From: Octopus sinensis
Lineage: Eukaryota
Assembly (NCBI RefSeq): GCF_006345805.1
Contig: NC_043013.1
Coordinates: 372,001-436,000, forward strand
Direction of reading: 5' to 3'
Length of the DNA: 64,000 nucleotides
The position numbers and the translations under genes are program-made. Shown piece by piece: positions 27,852-40,737 of this stretch. Within the stretch, counting starts at the first letter, position 1. Every line of letters begins with the position of its first letter. The notes under the pieces were generated by a model. It did not search any database and was not told the DNA's origin. It saw only the letters and a program-made list of their open reading frames with translations.

Positions 27852-29121
27852 TTAATAACCTTTTCACTGCCAAGCATTCATGACACATTTGTTTATACAC
27901 AAGCAACATATTATTCTCCTCCTAACCAACTACAATAATATAAAGATGCAAAAATATTTAAAACTAGATCTAACCCTCTGCTAAACCCTGAAAGACTCTC
28001 TCTTTGTGAAAAGCAACTTAAAAGATAATTTCATGCCGGCATGGAAGGTGGATGTTAAACGATGATGATGATGATGAATACAGTGTTCCAGTATGAAAGA
28101 GGAAATAGTAAATATACACCCTTCACAGTTATTCTTCAAGAGAGAGTCCAGTGTGGGCCCAGTGGCTAGGCAGTTAGTATGTGGCATTAGAATTTGTTTT
28201 AAATAATGTTTCCTTTAGATTTTCATTGTTGAAGCAGTGGAAGAGCGTTTCTAACTTTATAGCATGTTGTGAAGAATTAGTTGCAAAAACGTTATTAATA
28301 AAACAGGCGGTGGTCTTCTAGGAATTTACTCAGAATTACTATCACATGACCTCTTTTAATCTAGCACAATGGATAATCTGGTATGAGCCTGGAACTAAAA
28401 ATGCCAGAAAACTTGTTGGTGTGCCTGTATTTCTAATTAAAGATACTTCTTACATTAAATACGTTGGCACTGAATTAACAGTAGAGAAACGGTCTGAGTG
28501 AGATTGGTTCCAGCAGACTATGACACACTATTTGACGAGGACCCACCCCCCTCCCGACACTGCTGACCTAATGACCTATTAACAGTTGTTGATAGACATT
28601 GCTTTTGCTGGATTTTATTTTTCTTTGATCAAGAGAAAGTTATTTACAGAACCAAGAGTGATTTTTCACAGCTCAAAGAAAAACATTGTTCTTGTTTTCC
28701 TTAGCTTTTTTTCTTAATCTAATTTTTAACCGTTTTAAATATTGATTTCTTACATTAGCCTGAAATTGTTATTTATTTGTTTAGCCCCAGGTCAGATCTA
28801 ATCAAGCAGTCTTATGTATATAAGACACTCCAGTCATGACCATCTCTGTTTTTTTTTGTTTTTCAGTCAACATATTAGTATGTTGTATCCTTTTATTTTT
28901 AAGAGAGTAGAGTGTGATCTGAGTGATATGGTTGCTTTTTTCTCCATGTTAACTGACCACATAACGGTTCTCTCATTAGCATGGCAGGCTTGAGATTCAT
29001 TAGGTGTGAAGAAGGATTATGGGACATACATACCATTCTCTGAGGCTGTACCTATGTAAGAGCAATCAAATATTTTATTTAGATTTATCAAATCCATGGA
29101 AACTTCAGTAAAACAGAAGTG

Positions 29122-29250
29122 GATGGTGGTAGTGGTGGTGGTGGTGGTGGTGGTGGTGGTGGTGGTGTGGTGGTGGTGGTAGTGGTGTTGGTGGTGGTGG
29201 TGGTGTGGTGGTGGCAGCGGCAGCAGTGGTGGCAGCGGCAGCAGTGGTGG
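29122..29250. repeat. (GGT)n/(GGCAGCAGT) microsatellite
   Basis: Directly visible. Source of the spurious poly-H/T/P ORFs. Confidence 0.95.
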
Positions 29251-29251
29251 C

Positions 29252-30265
29252 AGCCTGGAGAACAATGATGAAAAGTAGGGGACAGAGGAATGAGCATCAA
29301 TGAACACCTGCCTGTACACCAAATTCTTTGCTGTTCTTGTAGTTAACTCTCAACTCTCGCCTTTCAAACAGTGTCTCTGTACATGGCCTGTACAGCTTTC
29401 ACAAGTCACTCTTGTACCCCTAGCCTCCTCAGAGACCACTATATCACACAGCAGGGTACTCTACCGAAAGCTTTCTCTAGATCAGCAAATGCCAAGTATA
29501 ATGGTTTATTCTTGGCTAAGTATTTCTCTTGCAATTGCCTGACTATAAAAATGGCATCACTCGTGCTTCTCCCTGGGGTAAAGCCAAACTACCTTTTGTC
29601 TCGCCTAATTCTGCTCTTAATTAATTGAGCTGTAACTCTCTCTGTAATTTTCATCACCTGGTCCAGAAGTCTGATGCCTCTACAATTCCTTCTAAGGTAC
29701 CTTATTTACCCTTGTAGCAGCTAACAATAAAGCTGCTACACCAGTCACTGGGTATTATGCCTTCCTGAATAACCTGACTGCATATGCAGGTGGCTAGTCT
29801 ATATCCTACCTCACCAAACATCTTGAGCATCTCAGCAATGACTACAGATGGACCAGAGGCTTTACCTGATTTTATAATTGCCTTGTCTACCATACTGTTT
29901 CCCATGAGGAGAGTTGGTCCCTCTCTTGTGTTCCCTTCATGCAGTTCATTCTCCCCATTCAATAACCTTGCATAGTAACTCTTCCACAACTCTTTCCTGT
30001 CTGAATCACTAAGTTCAAGCATACCAACCATTCCTACTTACTTCTCTCCCACAATATCTAGATTCTCTCTGATACACGGTCTTACAATCCAGAATGTCTC
30101 AAGTCTATTATCTTCATGTTGCAGGACGTTGGCAAACCTCTTCCTTTCTACATCTGTCCTAGCTTGGTAAACCTGACAGCAAGCTTCCCTTTTAAGCTTT
30201 CTGATATGATTCTTTGCTACCCACTTTTTTCCATTCTTTCCAGACCCATCTCTTCTCTTTTATTC
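29252..30265 (-). mobile_element. RTE LINE ORF2 fragment (pre-RT linker to RT motif QGS..PLLFIIVLQA)
   Basis: Minus strand reads KEKRWVWKEWKK, KSGKASGPS.V.AEMLK, IIPSDWCSSFIVSCYKGK, RGIRLLDQVMKI, ending PLLFIIVLQA. Confidence 0.88.
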
Positions 30266-30744
30266 TATATATGATGGACTCTCCCATTGAAGACAATGTA
30301 TGAGCAGTGTTCAGCTTTTGGCAAATGACCTGCACAAATGATTTGTTTAAAATGAACAAATGTCTGCACCATACATTAACTCACTCTCTCCATCAAATTG
30401 ATGTTACCTGAACAGGTGCACAGGTGAGCCACGCGTCAGGTGTTGAAGTGATCACAGAGCAACATGAGATGAAGTGTTTTGCTTAAGAACATAGTGCACC
30501 ACCCTGTCTATGAATTGAAACTACAATCTCGTAATTGTGAAAGCAACACCCTAACCACTACGCCATGCGTCCTCACAGGGTGCTACGGGTAAATTGTTGC
30601 CACTTCACATTTTTACTTTCATGCATGCACATTGTTTGTTTTTGATTTTGTCAGCTACACAATATAGTAGGGTCAGTTGGGCACCATCTGTGAAAAAAAC
30701 AGCACCATGACATAATTCACCCTGTCAGAAATTTGGAAACAACA

Positions 30745-31209
30745 TTCTAGTGGTAACAATCTCTGAGCATCCACCTCCACTACTAACTTGGTCACCTGGA
30801 TAGTGGAAACTATCAACTACTTCTAGTTTCTCCCCCTGGAGTGTGATGGAATCTGTTTTCTGAGTATCTGTGGTATCTATTGCCCCTGTACATGAAAGCT
30901 ATCTTCTTGGTTAATTTTCCTTTGATGTTGCTGCACCTCTTGTGTCCATAGCTTACACTGGGTACATCTTATGGAGTTTCTACCTACACCTTTTCTACAG
31001 ATCGAGCAAGGCCACCTGCCCGAGGGGGTATGTGATGAGTTTGCCTTTCTGCTTACTATAACTTTGGTCTTTGCTACATTTACTCTAAGGTCCTTTGATT
31101 CTAAACCTAGCTTCCACATCTGAAATTTCTTTTCTTGTTCCGGTAATGATTCTGCTATGAGGACCAGGTCATCAGCATAGAAGAGCTCCCAGGGGCAACC
31201 CGTCTTGAA
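30745..31209 (-). mobile_element. RTE LINE RT fragment (YADD motif plus PHD-type finger)
   Basis: Minus strand reads FKTGCPWELFYADDLVLIAES...LRVNVAKTKV...GRWPCSICRKGVGRNSIRCTQCKLWT...VVDSFHYPGDQVSSGGGCSE. Confidence 0.92.
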
Positions 31210-31413
31210 ATGACAGACTTCTTTCAGTTTCCGTCAACCAAATCGACTCACAAGGCTTTGGTTGGCCCAAGGCTATAGTAGAAGACACTTGCCCAAGGTG
31301 CAAGTCTGCTTTCCATGCTAGCATGGGTTGGACGATTTGACTGAGGTCTGGCGAACCAGACTCCAATCTGATCTGGCAGAGTTTCTACAGCTGGATGCCC
31401 TTTCTAATGCCAA

Positions 31414-31526
<113 letters not shown>

Positions 31527-32099
31527 TTATAGCATCACTTTGTAGGTTGATTTTAAAGGTTGAAATAGAAGAGACCAAACCAATTTGGATGCATAAAGGT
31601 TAGTAGTTTACTGATCATGGTTCAAATCCTGATGAGGTCATCTCAACATTTCATTGATCTCACCCCTTAATGTCATGTCTTATTCTTTTATTCAGGGAAA
31701 TTTCATTGTAGCACCATCATCATTATCATCATCATCATCTCCCTTTTCATTTTGTTTTTTTTAGATGTTTGAGTGTGCTTAATGATATGTTGTCCTTTTC
31801 CTAAACCAGCTTAACTAATTGAGGTCCCTAATTTTCTTTTTAGGGTCTAATGTTCTTCCCCCCCCCTATCATGCATTCATTTTAAGAAAGACAATATACT
31901 AGAGTTACATCAGTCATCAAAAGGACATATTTAATTAATAAGTAGAGAGGGCACATTACCAACGAGTCGGTATTTATAGACTTTGTCTATCAACTGTAAC
32001 AAAGTGGGAAGTGAAAAAACTTCCTAGGTCTGCCTCTGCTAAGTGCACTTTCTACTACAGCTGCTGCTGCTGCTACTGCAGCTGATGCCAATGATCATG

Positions 32100-32390
32100 A
32101 TGGTGGTGGTGTTAGTGGTGGTGGTGGTGGTGGTGGTGGTGTTAGTGGTGGTGGTGGTGGTGGTGGTGGTGGTGGTGGTGGTGTTAGTGGTGGTGGTGGT
32201 GGTGGTGGTGGTGGTGGTGGTGGTAGTGGTGGTGGTGGTGTTAGTGGTGGTGTTAGTGGTGGTGGTGGTGTTAGTGGTGGTGGTGGTGGTGGTGTGGTGG
32301 TGGTGTTAGTGGTGGTTGGTGTTAGTGGTGGTGGTGGTGGTGGTGTTAGTGGTGGTGGTGGTGGTGGTGGTGGTGGTGGTGGTGGTGGTG
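32100..32390. repeat. (GGT)n microsatellite with GTTAGT interruptions
   Basis: Directly visible. Gives the poly-V/poly-P/poly-G ORFs. Confidence 0.97.
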
Positions 32391-32834
32391 TGACTGTTAC
32401 TGCTGCTACTGCCTTATCTCCTCTTACTCTTGCTTCTGCTTTTGCTTCCACTCACCATCCTCCTCATACACTACTACTACTACTGCTGCTACTACTACTT
32501 CTACTATTAATACCACCACCACCACCGCTGCTGCTGCTTCTCCTGTGGCTGCTAGTGTTACTATCTGACTGCAGCTTTTCAACCATTTATATATATATAG
32601 TCCATTCTGTTAATACAAGTCCATATCTGTACAGTCATCTCTGTTATGTACTATGACCAATACCTCTTCTACGACTTACTAATCACTTGCTTCCTCAAGC
32701 CTGAATTAGATTCATTCCAACTTAACATTATGGCTAGATAAACACAATCATTTTCTTTACCACACAATTTTTTTCTTGTTAGCGTTTTTCCTGATACTCC
32801 ATGCATTAAAAATGTTGACAATGACTTACCTTTT

Positions 32835-32869
<35 letters not shown>

Positions 32870-33236
32870 CATCTAAGATCAATTTATTCTTTGAACATGT
32901 CTGCATTTTCCTGTGCAAACCAATATACATTTTATATATTTACTTAGTGATTCTCTCACCTCTCCTTTGATGACTATAAAGTCTTTCTTAACTGAGGAGG
33001 TCTAATGAGACCAAACATGCATGGAGTTATCTCCCATACTTTCTGAAAGTATCAAAATAATATTGCTTAGCCGTAGTTCACCCATTGCTACATTCTGAGT
33101 ACACACTATGTACAAAACCATATATATGGCACCCTAGGCATAATACCAACATGAACTTCCAACTTGTTGTCTCTTGAGGTCTCTGGGTGAGACTTGGAGC
33201 CAACTTGTACAAATGTAAAGCAAAATTCAAACATAA

Positions 33237-33292
<56 letters not shown>

Positions 33293-33302
33293 TCCTTACT
33301 TC

Positions 33303-33486
33303 TAAAGGCACAAGGCCTGAAATTTTGATGGGAGGAGAATAATCAATTACATCAACCCCAGTGTTTCACTGGTACTTAATTTATCAATCCTAAACAGATG
33401 AAAGGCAAAGTCGACCTCAGCAGAATTTGAACTCAGAACGTAGCAATGGGTGAAATACTGCTAAGCATTTCACCCAGTGTGCAAAC
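33303..33486 (-). mobile_element. tRNA-derived SINE family 2 (core CTTTCATCCTTTCGGGGTCGATAAATTAAGTACC, MetaSINE/Octopus OK-OR-like)
   Basis: Colinear with 41865-42107 and 43590-43827, with several CpG-to-TpG/CpA changes. Confidence 0.8.
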
Positions 33487-33989
33487 AATCCTTATGTTTT
33501 ATATTAGACCACATTGAGAATAATTCCAGTGGCATGCTATTAATGAATAAACCCTAACCTTTACTTTGCTAACAGAAACCAAACCTTGAACCTATGACTT
33601 AGGATTTTATTCTCTTTTAAACTTTCTTCTCTTCCAAGAATGCCATCAAAACTTTCTATGGAAATCTCCACACAGTTAGAAATAGTAGAAAAACATAGCT
33701 AAATCTCCCTCGGCTCATACACTGACATCCAAACAAGGACAATGTTGTGCTAATATGAAATAAAGCAAGTTAATCATGGCTGGAATGCTAGAAAACGTTG
33801 AACAATTAGGGCTTAGCTAGAGCTTGGCAAAAACAACTTCTTAAATGAAGAGGGTTGCTTTTACATCATCATTACCAGTAAGGCACTAACAGAGACTGAC
33901 TCTCCCCAGACACAACAAAATATGCTTCAACACACGAACTCATATAAAGAATCTTGCAAACCAAGTCCAAAAACGCAATATGTATGTAT

Positions 33990-34023
<34 letters not shown>

Positions 34024-34545
34024 TACTTGTCCTGTTTTCTTTTTTCCTCTTATTGTTTGCGTATTTAACTCATTTGTTTTTGTATTTCATGTTGTTTATA
34101 CAGTTGGTGACATCCTGTACCCATATATGATTATATATATATATAAAGTTAATCTAAACAAGAAAGCACAAAAAGAAACACAACAACGCGAGGACGTGGA
34201 ACAAATATAGTATTACTGGACGCTCAGGAAAGAAGGAAAGATCCAGAGAAGGGAAGACAGAGGAAAAAAAATCGCCAACGATATATATATGCATACACCC
34301 CATACATACACACATATCCCTCCTATGTGAGACAGAAGCACTTTCACACACACACAAATACACACAATGGACTTTAATTTCCACCCACCAAATTAACTCA
34401 GAAGGCTTTGGTCAGCCCAAGACTGTAGTAGGAAACAATTGCCTTTGATGTCATAGAGTGCAATTGAACCCAAAACCCTGTAGTTACATAGCAAACTTCT
34501 TACCCATACACCCATGCCTTCCCCAATTATATATATATATACACA

Positions 34546-34765
34546 TGAGGGATGCCCAAAACTTCCTGGCCTTAAGTGTATCATGAAAGGCCTGGTTGGA
34601 GGCCCAACCATCTGAGTTCCTTTACAGAGTTTAGAGTGAACTGAAAGACCACTGCAAGGAGTGTGTGGATCTGAGAGGAGGGGAATATGTTGAATCAAGT
34701 CATGATTAACTGATCCTCCTGCATTTTCTTTAACCCAAAGCCAGGAAATGTTCAGCACCCCCTTG
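34546..34765 (+). mobile_element. Mariner-derived MITE
   Basis: Imperfect TIRs GAGGGATGCCCAAAACTTCCTGGCCTT / AAAGCCAGGAAATGTTCAGCACCCCCT. Internal KCVDLRGGEYVE* remnant of a mariner transposase C-terminus. TA on the right flank. Confidence 0.7.
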
Positions 34766-34849
34766 TATGTGTAAGTGTGTGTACATATGATACATACATA
34801 CATACATATATATGTATGTATACACACACACACATATATATACACATAC

Positions 34850-34942
<93 letters not shown>

Positions 34943-35329
34943 TATACACAATATTTTTATTGGAATATATATCCGTTGCTTCACTGTTACCAATTTCCTG
35001 CATGGAAAGTGTCAAGAATGTAGAATATTGACTTATAAATCTACATTTTGTTTGCTGAAACACCCATTTATTCAGGTGTGAAATATAAAGAAACAAGCTG
35101 TTGAAATTCTCTGAGCTGAAGGTCAATTTGTTTATCTTCTGCTTGACCTTTTTGGAGACCACAACTGCAGCCAGCACTGGTTGTGACCATAACTACAACT
35201 ACTCCACATGTAAATACTGCTGTCATCAAGTGAGCCTGTCATCAAGTGCTCACTTATTTACAAAACTTGTAAGGCCATTATATAAGACTATGAATTGACT
35301 GGAAATAACGTGGTCTTTGAATGAACTGA

Positions 35330-35665
35330 CTGACACTCTGTCAGTTATGATGGTCTGTTGGTTCCAGTCGATCCAATCAATGGAACAGCCAGCTCGTGAA
35401 ATTCACATGCAAGTGGCTGAGCACTCCACAGACACATGTACCCATGTACCCTTAATGTAATTCTCAGGGAGATTCAGCTGGACACAGAATGCGACAAAGA
35501 TGGCCCCCTTTGTATTACTGGTACAACTCATTTCTGCTAGGTGAGTGGACTGGAGCACTGAGAACTAAAGTGTCTTGCTCAAGGACACAATGCAGTGCCA
35601 GGAATGGAACTCATGACCTTACGATCACGAGCCAAATACCCTAACCACTAAGCCAAATGCGTTCA
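35330..35665 (-). mobile_element. tRNA-derived SINE family 3 (older copy)
   Basis: Shares GATCCAATCAATGGAACAGCC...GTGGCTGAGCACTCCACAGACAC with 36184-36576. Reversed head CCTAACCACTAAGCC. Confidence 0.75.
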
Positions 35666-36183
35666 CATTGTCTTTGAATTAACCCTTAACAAATTTCAAC
35701 CCCTGGCAGTATAACGACAAATTCTCAAGCTAACTCCTGTTAACAAGAAAGTCACCTCGGAGCACAATAACTGAGAAATACTATAGCTGCTACATTAATG
35801 ACCACATCCAATCATGTCTTGTTTTGCAGGCATAACTATGTGGCTGGCAAATTTGCTTCACAGCCATGTGGTTCTCTGTTCAAATCCCATCACAAGGCAC
35901 TTTGTGCAAACATCTTCTACCACATACTTGAGCTGATCACTGCCTTATAAACAGAATTCTGGTTAACTGAAACTGTGCAGAAGCTGTCATATAGATATAT
36001 CATCATCGTTATCATCATTGCCATCATCATCACCACCACCATTACCCTCTTTGGCTTTAAGTTCATTTATAACAAGCAGCAATAGCATGCCAATTGTTAA
36101 ATCTGGGATACACATAGCATGTATATACAAACATATATATACATACATACATGCATGCATGCATACATACATACATATATACA

Positions 36184-36576
36184 TGGGATGGGATGGAAGC
36201 ACTCCGTCGGTTACGACGACGAGGGTTCCGGTTGATCCGAATCAACGGAACAGCCTGCTCATGAAATTAACGTGTAAGTGGCTGAGCACTCCACAGACAC
36301 GTGTACCCTTAACGTAGTTCTCGGGGATATTCAGCGTGACACAGAGAGTGACAAGGCCGGCCCTTTGAAATACAGGTACAACAGAAACAGGAAGAAAGAG
36401 TGAGAGAAAGTTGTGGTGAAAGAGTACAGCAGGGATCACCACCATCCCCTGCCGGAGCCTCGTGGAGCTTTAGGTGTTTTCGCTCAATAAACACTCACAA
36501 CGCCCAGTCTGGGAATCGAAACCGCGATCGTATGACCACGAGTCCGCTGCCCTAACCACTGGGCCATTGCGCCTCC
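36184..36576 (-). mobile_element. tRNA-derived SINE family 3, young copy
   Basis: Minus strand starts GGAGGCGCAATGGCCCAGTGGTTAGGGCAGCGGACTCGTGGTCATACGATCGCGGTTTCGATTCCCAG (clear A and B boxes). Confidence 0.88.
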
Positions 36577-36731
36577 ATATATACATACATACATGCATAC
36601 ATACATACATACATACATACACACATATATACATACATAATACATACACACATAATACATACATAATACATACATACATACATACATACATACATACATA
36701 ATACATACATACATACATGCACACACACACA

Positions 36732-37060
36732 CAGGGTGCAATGAATAAACTGTTGTCTAAATTACACAAAAATGTAATTAACACTGACATCACATTTTAA
36801 CAGATATATTTACCAAAATTGCATAAAAATATCTTGAAATACTAAAGAGTAAATTTATTCGATAAACTCGCCATAGACTTCAACCATGGCCTCCAGATGA
36901 CTTTGGAATCTCTTGCAACTCTCCTTGTTTATGTTGGTGAATGCTGCCATAATTCTTGTCTTCAGATCATCTTTGATGTTACAAGGAGTTTTGTTGATCT
37001 CTCACTCAACTGTACCCCACACAGGGGGTTCCAGTCTGAGGAGTTAAATAACTTTTTCTG
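36732..37060 (-). mobile_element. Tc1/mariner-superfamily 3' end remnant
   Basis: Terminal CAGGGTG. Minus-strand residues resemble NS.D.NP...EAM.E...G.FIE transposase C-terminal motifs, heavily decayed. Confidence 0.5.
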
Positions 37061-37803
37061 GAATAAGTAAATAAATTTTTCTGGAATAAGTAAATCAGTA
37101 ACACAAATTCATCATGAAAAAGTACATCAATATACCAAATTTGAAAAACACACACACAGGGAGAAGAGTCACAATATTAGATGTTCTGGGAAGGAAGCAC
37201 TAGGCAAAAACGTAGACATGGTGGTTAGCATAGGGTCCATGGGATTGAATGCAACAAAGGAGAGGTGGAGAAACAAATGGCTAGGGTACATGAGTGATAG
37301 AGATGAAGACCAACAAAGGTCTGAGGAAGAGAGGAAAAGAGAGAGAGAGAGAGAGGAGACAATACAGCTGTAGGTGAAGGGTTGGAGTATGTCCATTAAT
37401 GATTGAATGCCAATTAAATGACTCTTCTCAAGGTGTGGTCCAAGCTGTTTATGTGTGTAGCATCAATGACATGTCTGATGGCGGAGCGTTACATCATTGT
37501 AGACTTCACTTGAACTTTGTAGAACATTACTAGCTGTTAAGAACTAAAATATTTTCTGACCCCGAAATGAAGGACCAGTCTTTGGGACATGGTCCTAGTT
37601 AAGCTGGACAGATCTTCAATGATGATGAGGCACTGCATTCAGAGGGATCAACATAGCTTTAGCTGAGTGTTGCTTGTGTTTAGTAAGGGTAGGATGTAGC
37701 AGATTGAGGTAATATTACTTCGAGACATGGCCGTGTTTCAATCTGTGTCACTTCAGCCAAAGTTGACCCCAGATTAATGTTTTGATCTTCAATATTCTGT
37801 AGA

Positions 37804-38029
37804 TGGTGAGCTGGCAGAGTGGTTAGCACACCGGGTGAAATGCTTAGCAGTATTTTGTCTGCTGCTATGTTCTGAGTTCAAATTCCGCTGAGGTCGACTT
37901 TGCCTTTCATCCTTTCGGGGTCAATTAAATAAGTACCAGTTATGTACTGGAGTCAATGTAACTGACTTAATCCCTTTGTCCTTGTTTGTCCCCTCTATGT
38001 TTAGCCCCTTGTAGGCAATAAATAAATAA
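37804..38029 (+). mobile_element. tRNA-derived SINE family 2
   Basis: GGTGAGCTGGCAGAGTGGTTAGC head, GAGTTCAAATTCC B-box, core CTTTCATCCTTTCGGGGTC, (AAAT)n tail. Confidence 0.9.
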
Positions 38030-38751
38030 ATATTCTGTGTATACATGAAATACAACAACAGTTAACATATTCATGTTCAAATATGCCCAGAACATATTAA
38101 GAATGGATTTGTAAGTCATTGTTTTCTTATTAATTTCTGAATTTCTAACCTCATGATCATTATTTTAAAATGAGTCGCAAATAAACTAAAGCATGCGGGG
38201 AGGATTTGAGGAGGATTTGTTGCAAACTAAAATTCAGAAGGGCAGAACTTAAGATAGTTAATGAGAAGCACTGATCCTCACAAGTGTGTAGGGCAGTTAG
38301 TTGTTCTGAACTGCAACTCCCAGGACCACATGACCCCCTCAAGCATCCTTCCAGCAGCCCCCCCCCCCTCGATGGTCTTCCTTCAGCAGATATGATAAGC
38401 ATTTTTTTTTACTTGACTTGTGTTTTACTTTTGGATCTGGCTTTGCTATCGAAAAGGTGTCGACTGTTCATTACAAGGGAGCCGTGGGGAGATGGACGTC
38501 CAAAGTGGATGAAAGTGCTGAGAATTGGTAGCGGAAGATGCACACATTGAAGACAGATGAGAGAAGACATGGGAAGAAACTGTGGAAAGACTTCCTTCTT
38601 TCCTCTCCCCATTTCTTTTTTGTTTTGTTTTTGCCAAAAAAACTCCGTTTTCGGATACAGACATTCCAGAAAATTGCCAAAAATCAGCAATTTGAAATTT
38701 CGTTCCCCTTTCCCCACCCACCCCAATTTTTTCCTTTTTGACTTTTTTTCC

Positions 38752-38806
38752 CCTAAGCCTAACCCTAAAACCTTAACCTAACCCTAAAATCCTAACCTTA
38801 ACCTTA
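38752..38806. repeat. Short degenerate telomere-like (TAACCC) tract
   Basis: CCTAAGCCTAACCCTAAAACCTTAACCCTAACCCTAAAATCCTAACCTTAACCTTAAC. Confidence 0.8.
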
Positions 38807-39646
38807 ACTACAAAAATTATCGGAAATGTTTTTCAGAATCATAATCTCTGTATTTTTCCGCATATTTTGGGAAAAAAATTTTTGAAAAAAAAAAAAAATG
38901 AAGAAATTAGGGGTGGAAGTAATTTCAAAATGCCGATTTTTGCAGATTCGTATTCTCCGTAGCCGGGGTTTGTGGTGAAAAAAATGGGGTGTTTTTGGAG
39001 GGGTACAAAAGGAAGTCTTGCCGAAACTGTTTAGTATGAATAAGCAGCAGAAGAGGTGCACAACTCCATTGTAAAGTTTTACAAGAACTATCAGCAAAGA
39101 AAAATATATGAAACTATTGTTGTTGTGAGTGTTGATGATGTTTCGCTGCAGGTCGAGCCTTATTGAGCAAAATCTCGTTCTAATCACACCGGATCATTTT
39201 AGAAAAGCAATACACAAACTAAATAATATAGTACTAGGTACGCTATGTCTGAAAAAATAACGAGATGGTCACAGCTGGAGTGCCTGTCACCATAGATCTG
39301 CTTAATCAGCGTTCACTTGAGATTTAACAACCACAACATACAGGACAGTTTTCGCCTCGGATGCGGTGAGGTGGGGAATAGAGACTCGTCTTTCGCTGCC
39401 TCTAGAAACATTTAAGTGCGTCACCTTAACGGTGACTGGCACAGGTAAACAACACCTATTTCATGGCTAACCTTGAAAAGACAATGGAGATAAGTTAACG
39501 ACCGAACTTCCTTCGTAAAACTCCAGAAAAAATCTTTGTTACCTTGAGAAATCAAATATTTTGATTTACATAACGTACGCGGGTGTGTGCTTGTGAAAGT
39601 AACTGAACATGAGAATACAGACATAACATACACATAGACAGACAGA

Positions 39647-39651
39647 CAGAC

Positions 39652-39723
<72 letters not shown>

Positions 39724-39731
39724 GTAGGTAA

Positions 39732-39787
<56 letters not shown>

Positions 39788-39788
39788 G

Positions 39789-39843
<55 letters not shown>

Positions 39844-39857
39844 GTAGGTAGATAGAT
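39647..39857. repeat. (GATA)n microsatellite
   Basis: Directly visible. Confidence 0.97.
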
Positions 39858-39956
39858 AACGGGAAGCTTTATGAAAATAAACAAAAGACGAAGGCAGGTG
39901 GAAAACAAACGAACAATTGTATTAGTATGGCGCTCAGGAAATATAAATAAAACAAG

Positions 39957-39994
39957 TCTTTAACGTTTCGAGCCTACGCTCTTCAACAGAAAGA
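39957..39994 (-). ncRNA. Minimal type I hammerhead-like motif (CUGUUGA core variant) in a Penelope-like repeat
   Basis: Minus strand reads TCTTT-CTGTTGA-A-GAGC GTAG GCTC-GAAA-CGT-T-AAAGA: 5-bp stem I, 4-bp stem II with tetraloop, ACGU palindromic stem III and a U17 cleavage site. A6 is replaced by U. Confidence 0.6.
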
Positions 39995-40069
39995 TACACA
40001 GAGAGAGAAAAACACAGAAAGAAGGAGAGAAAAAAAATGCGTGCAGTAGCTAACGAATCAACATGGCGA

Positions 40070-40309
40070 GGTAGGTAGGTAGATAGATAGATAGATAGAT
40101 AGGTAGGTAGATAGATAGGTAGGTAGGTAGATAGATAGATAGATAGATAGATAGGTAGGTAGATATATAGATAGATAGGTAGGTAGATAGATAGGTAGAT
40201 AGATAGATAGATAGATAGGTAGATAGATAGATAGGTAGATAGATAGATAGATAGGTAGATAGATAGATAGATAGATAGATAGGTAGATAGATTGATTGAT
40301 TGATTAACT

Positions 40310-40350
<41 letters not shown>

Positions 40351-40411
40351 GTAGATAGATAGATAGGTAGATAGATAGAAAGGTAGATAGATAGGTAGAT
40401 AGATAGATAGG

Positions 40412-40444
<33 letters not shown>

Positions 40445-40457
40445 TGATTGATTAACT

Positions 40458-40509
<52 letters not shown>

Positions 40510-40668
40510 TGTTTCTTTATTAGCCACACAGGGCTGCACACAGATAGAACAAATTACAAGGTAGAGCTTTTCTTTTGAAGGTTTAAAAAAAAAAAAAAAA
40601 TAGATAGATAGATAGATAGATAGGTAGATAGATAGATAGGTAGATAGATAGGTAGATAGATAGATAGG

Positions 40669-40737
<69 letters not shown>
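40070..40737. repeat. Compound (GATA)n/(GGTA)n/(GATT)n microsatellite array
   Basis: Directly visible. Interrupted by a short unique segment at 40509-40600. Confidence 0.95.

Noticed and set aside
28215-28600. Coding-looking plus-strand stretch (QWIIWYEPGTKNARKLVGVPVF...; VRLVPADYDTLFDEDPPPSRHC).
   Set aside because: No single open frame, and no recognisable family or upstream exons.
32043-32656. Long poly-V/P/G/L ORFs here and similar ORFs at 29017-29322, 34730-35177, 36470-36793, 39552-40782, 48158-48541 and 59505-59763.
   Set aside because: They are translations of (GGT)n, (TA)n, (CATA)n, (GATA)n and (ATT)n microsatellites.
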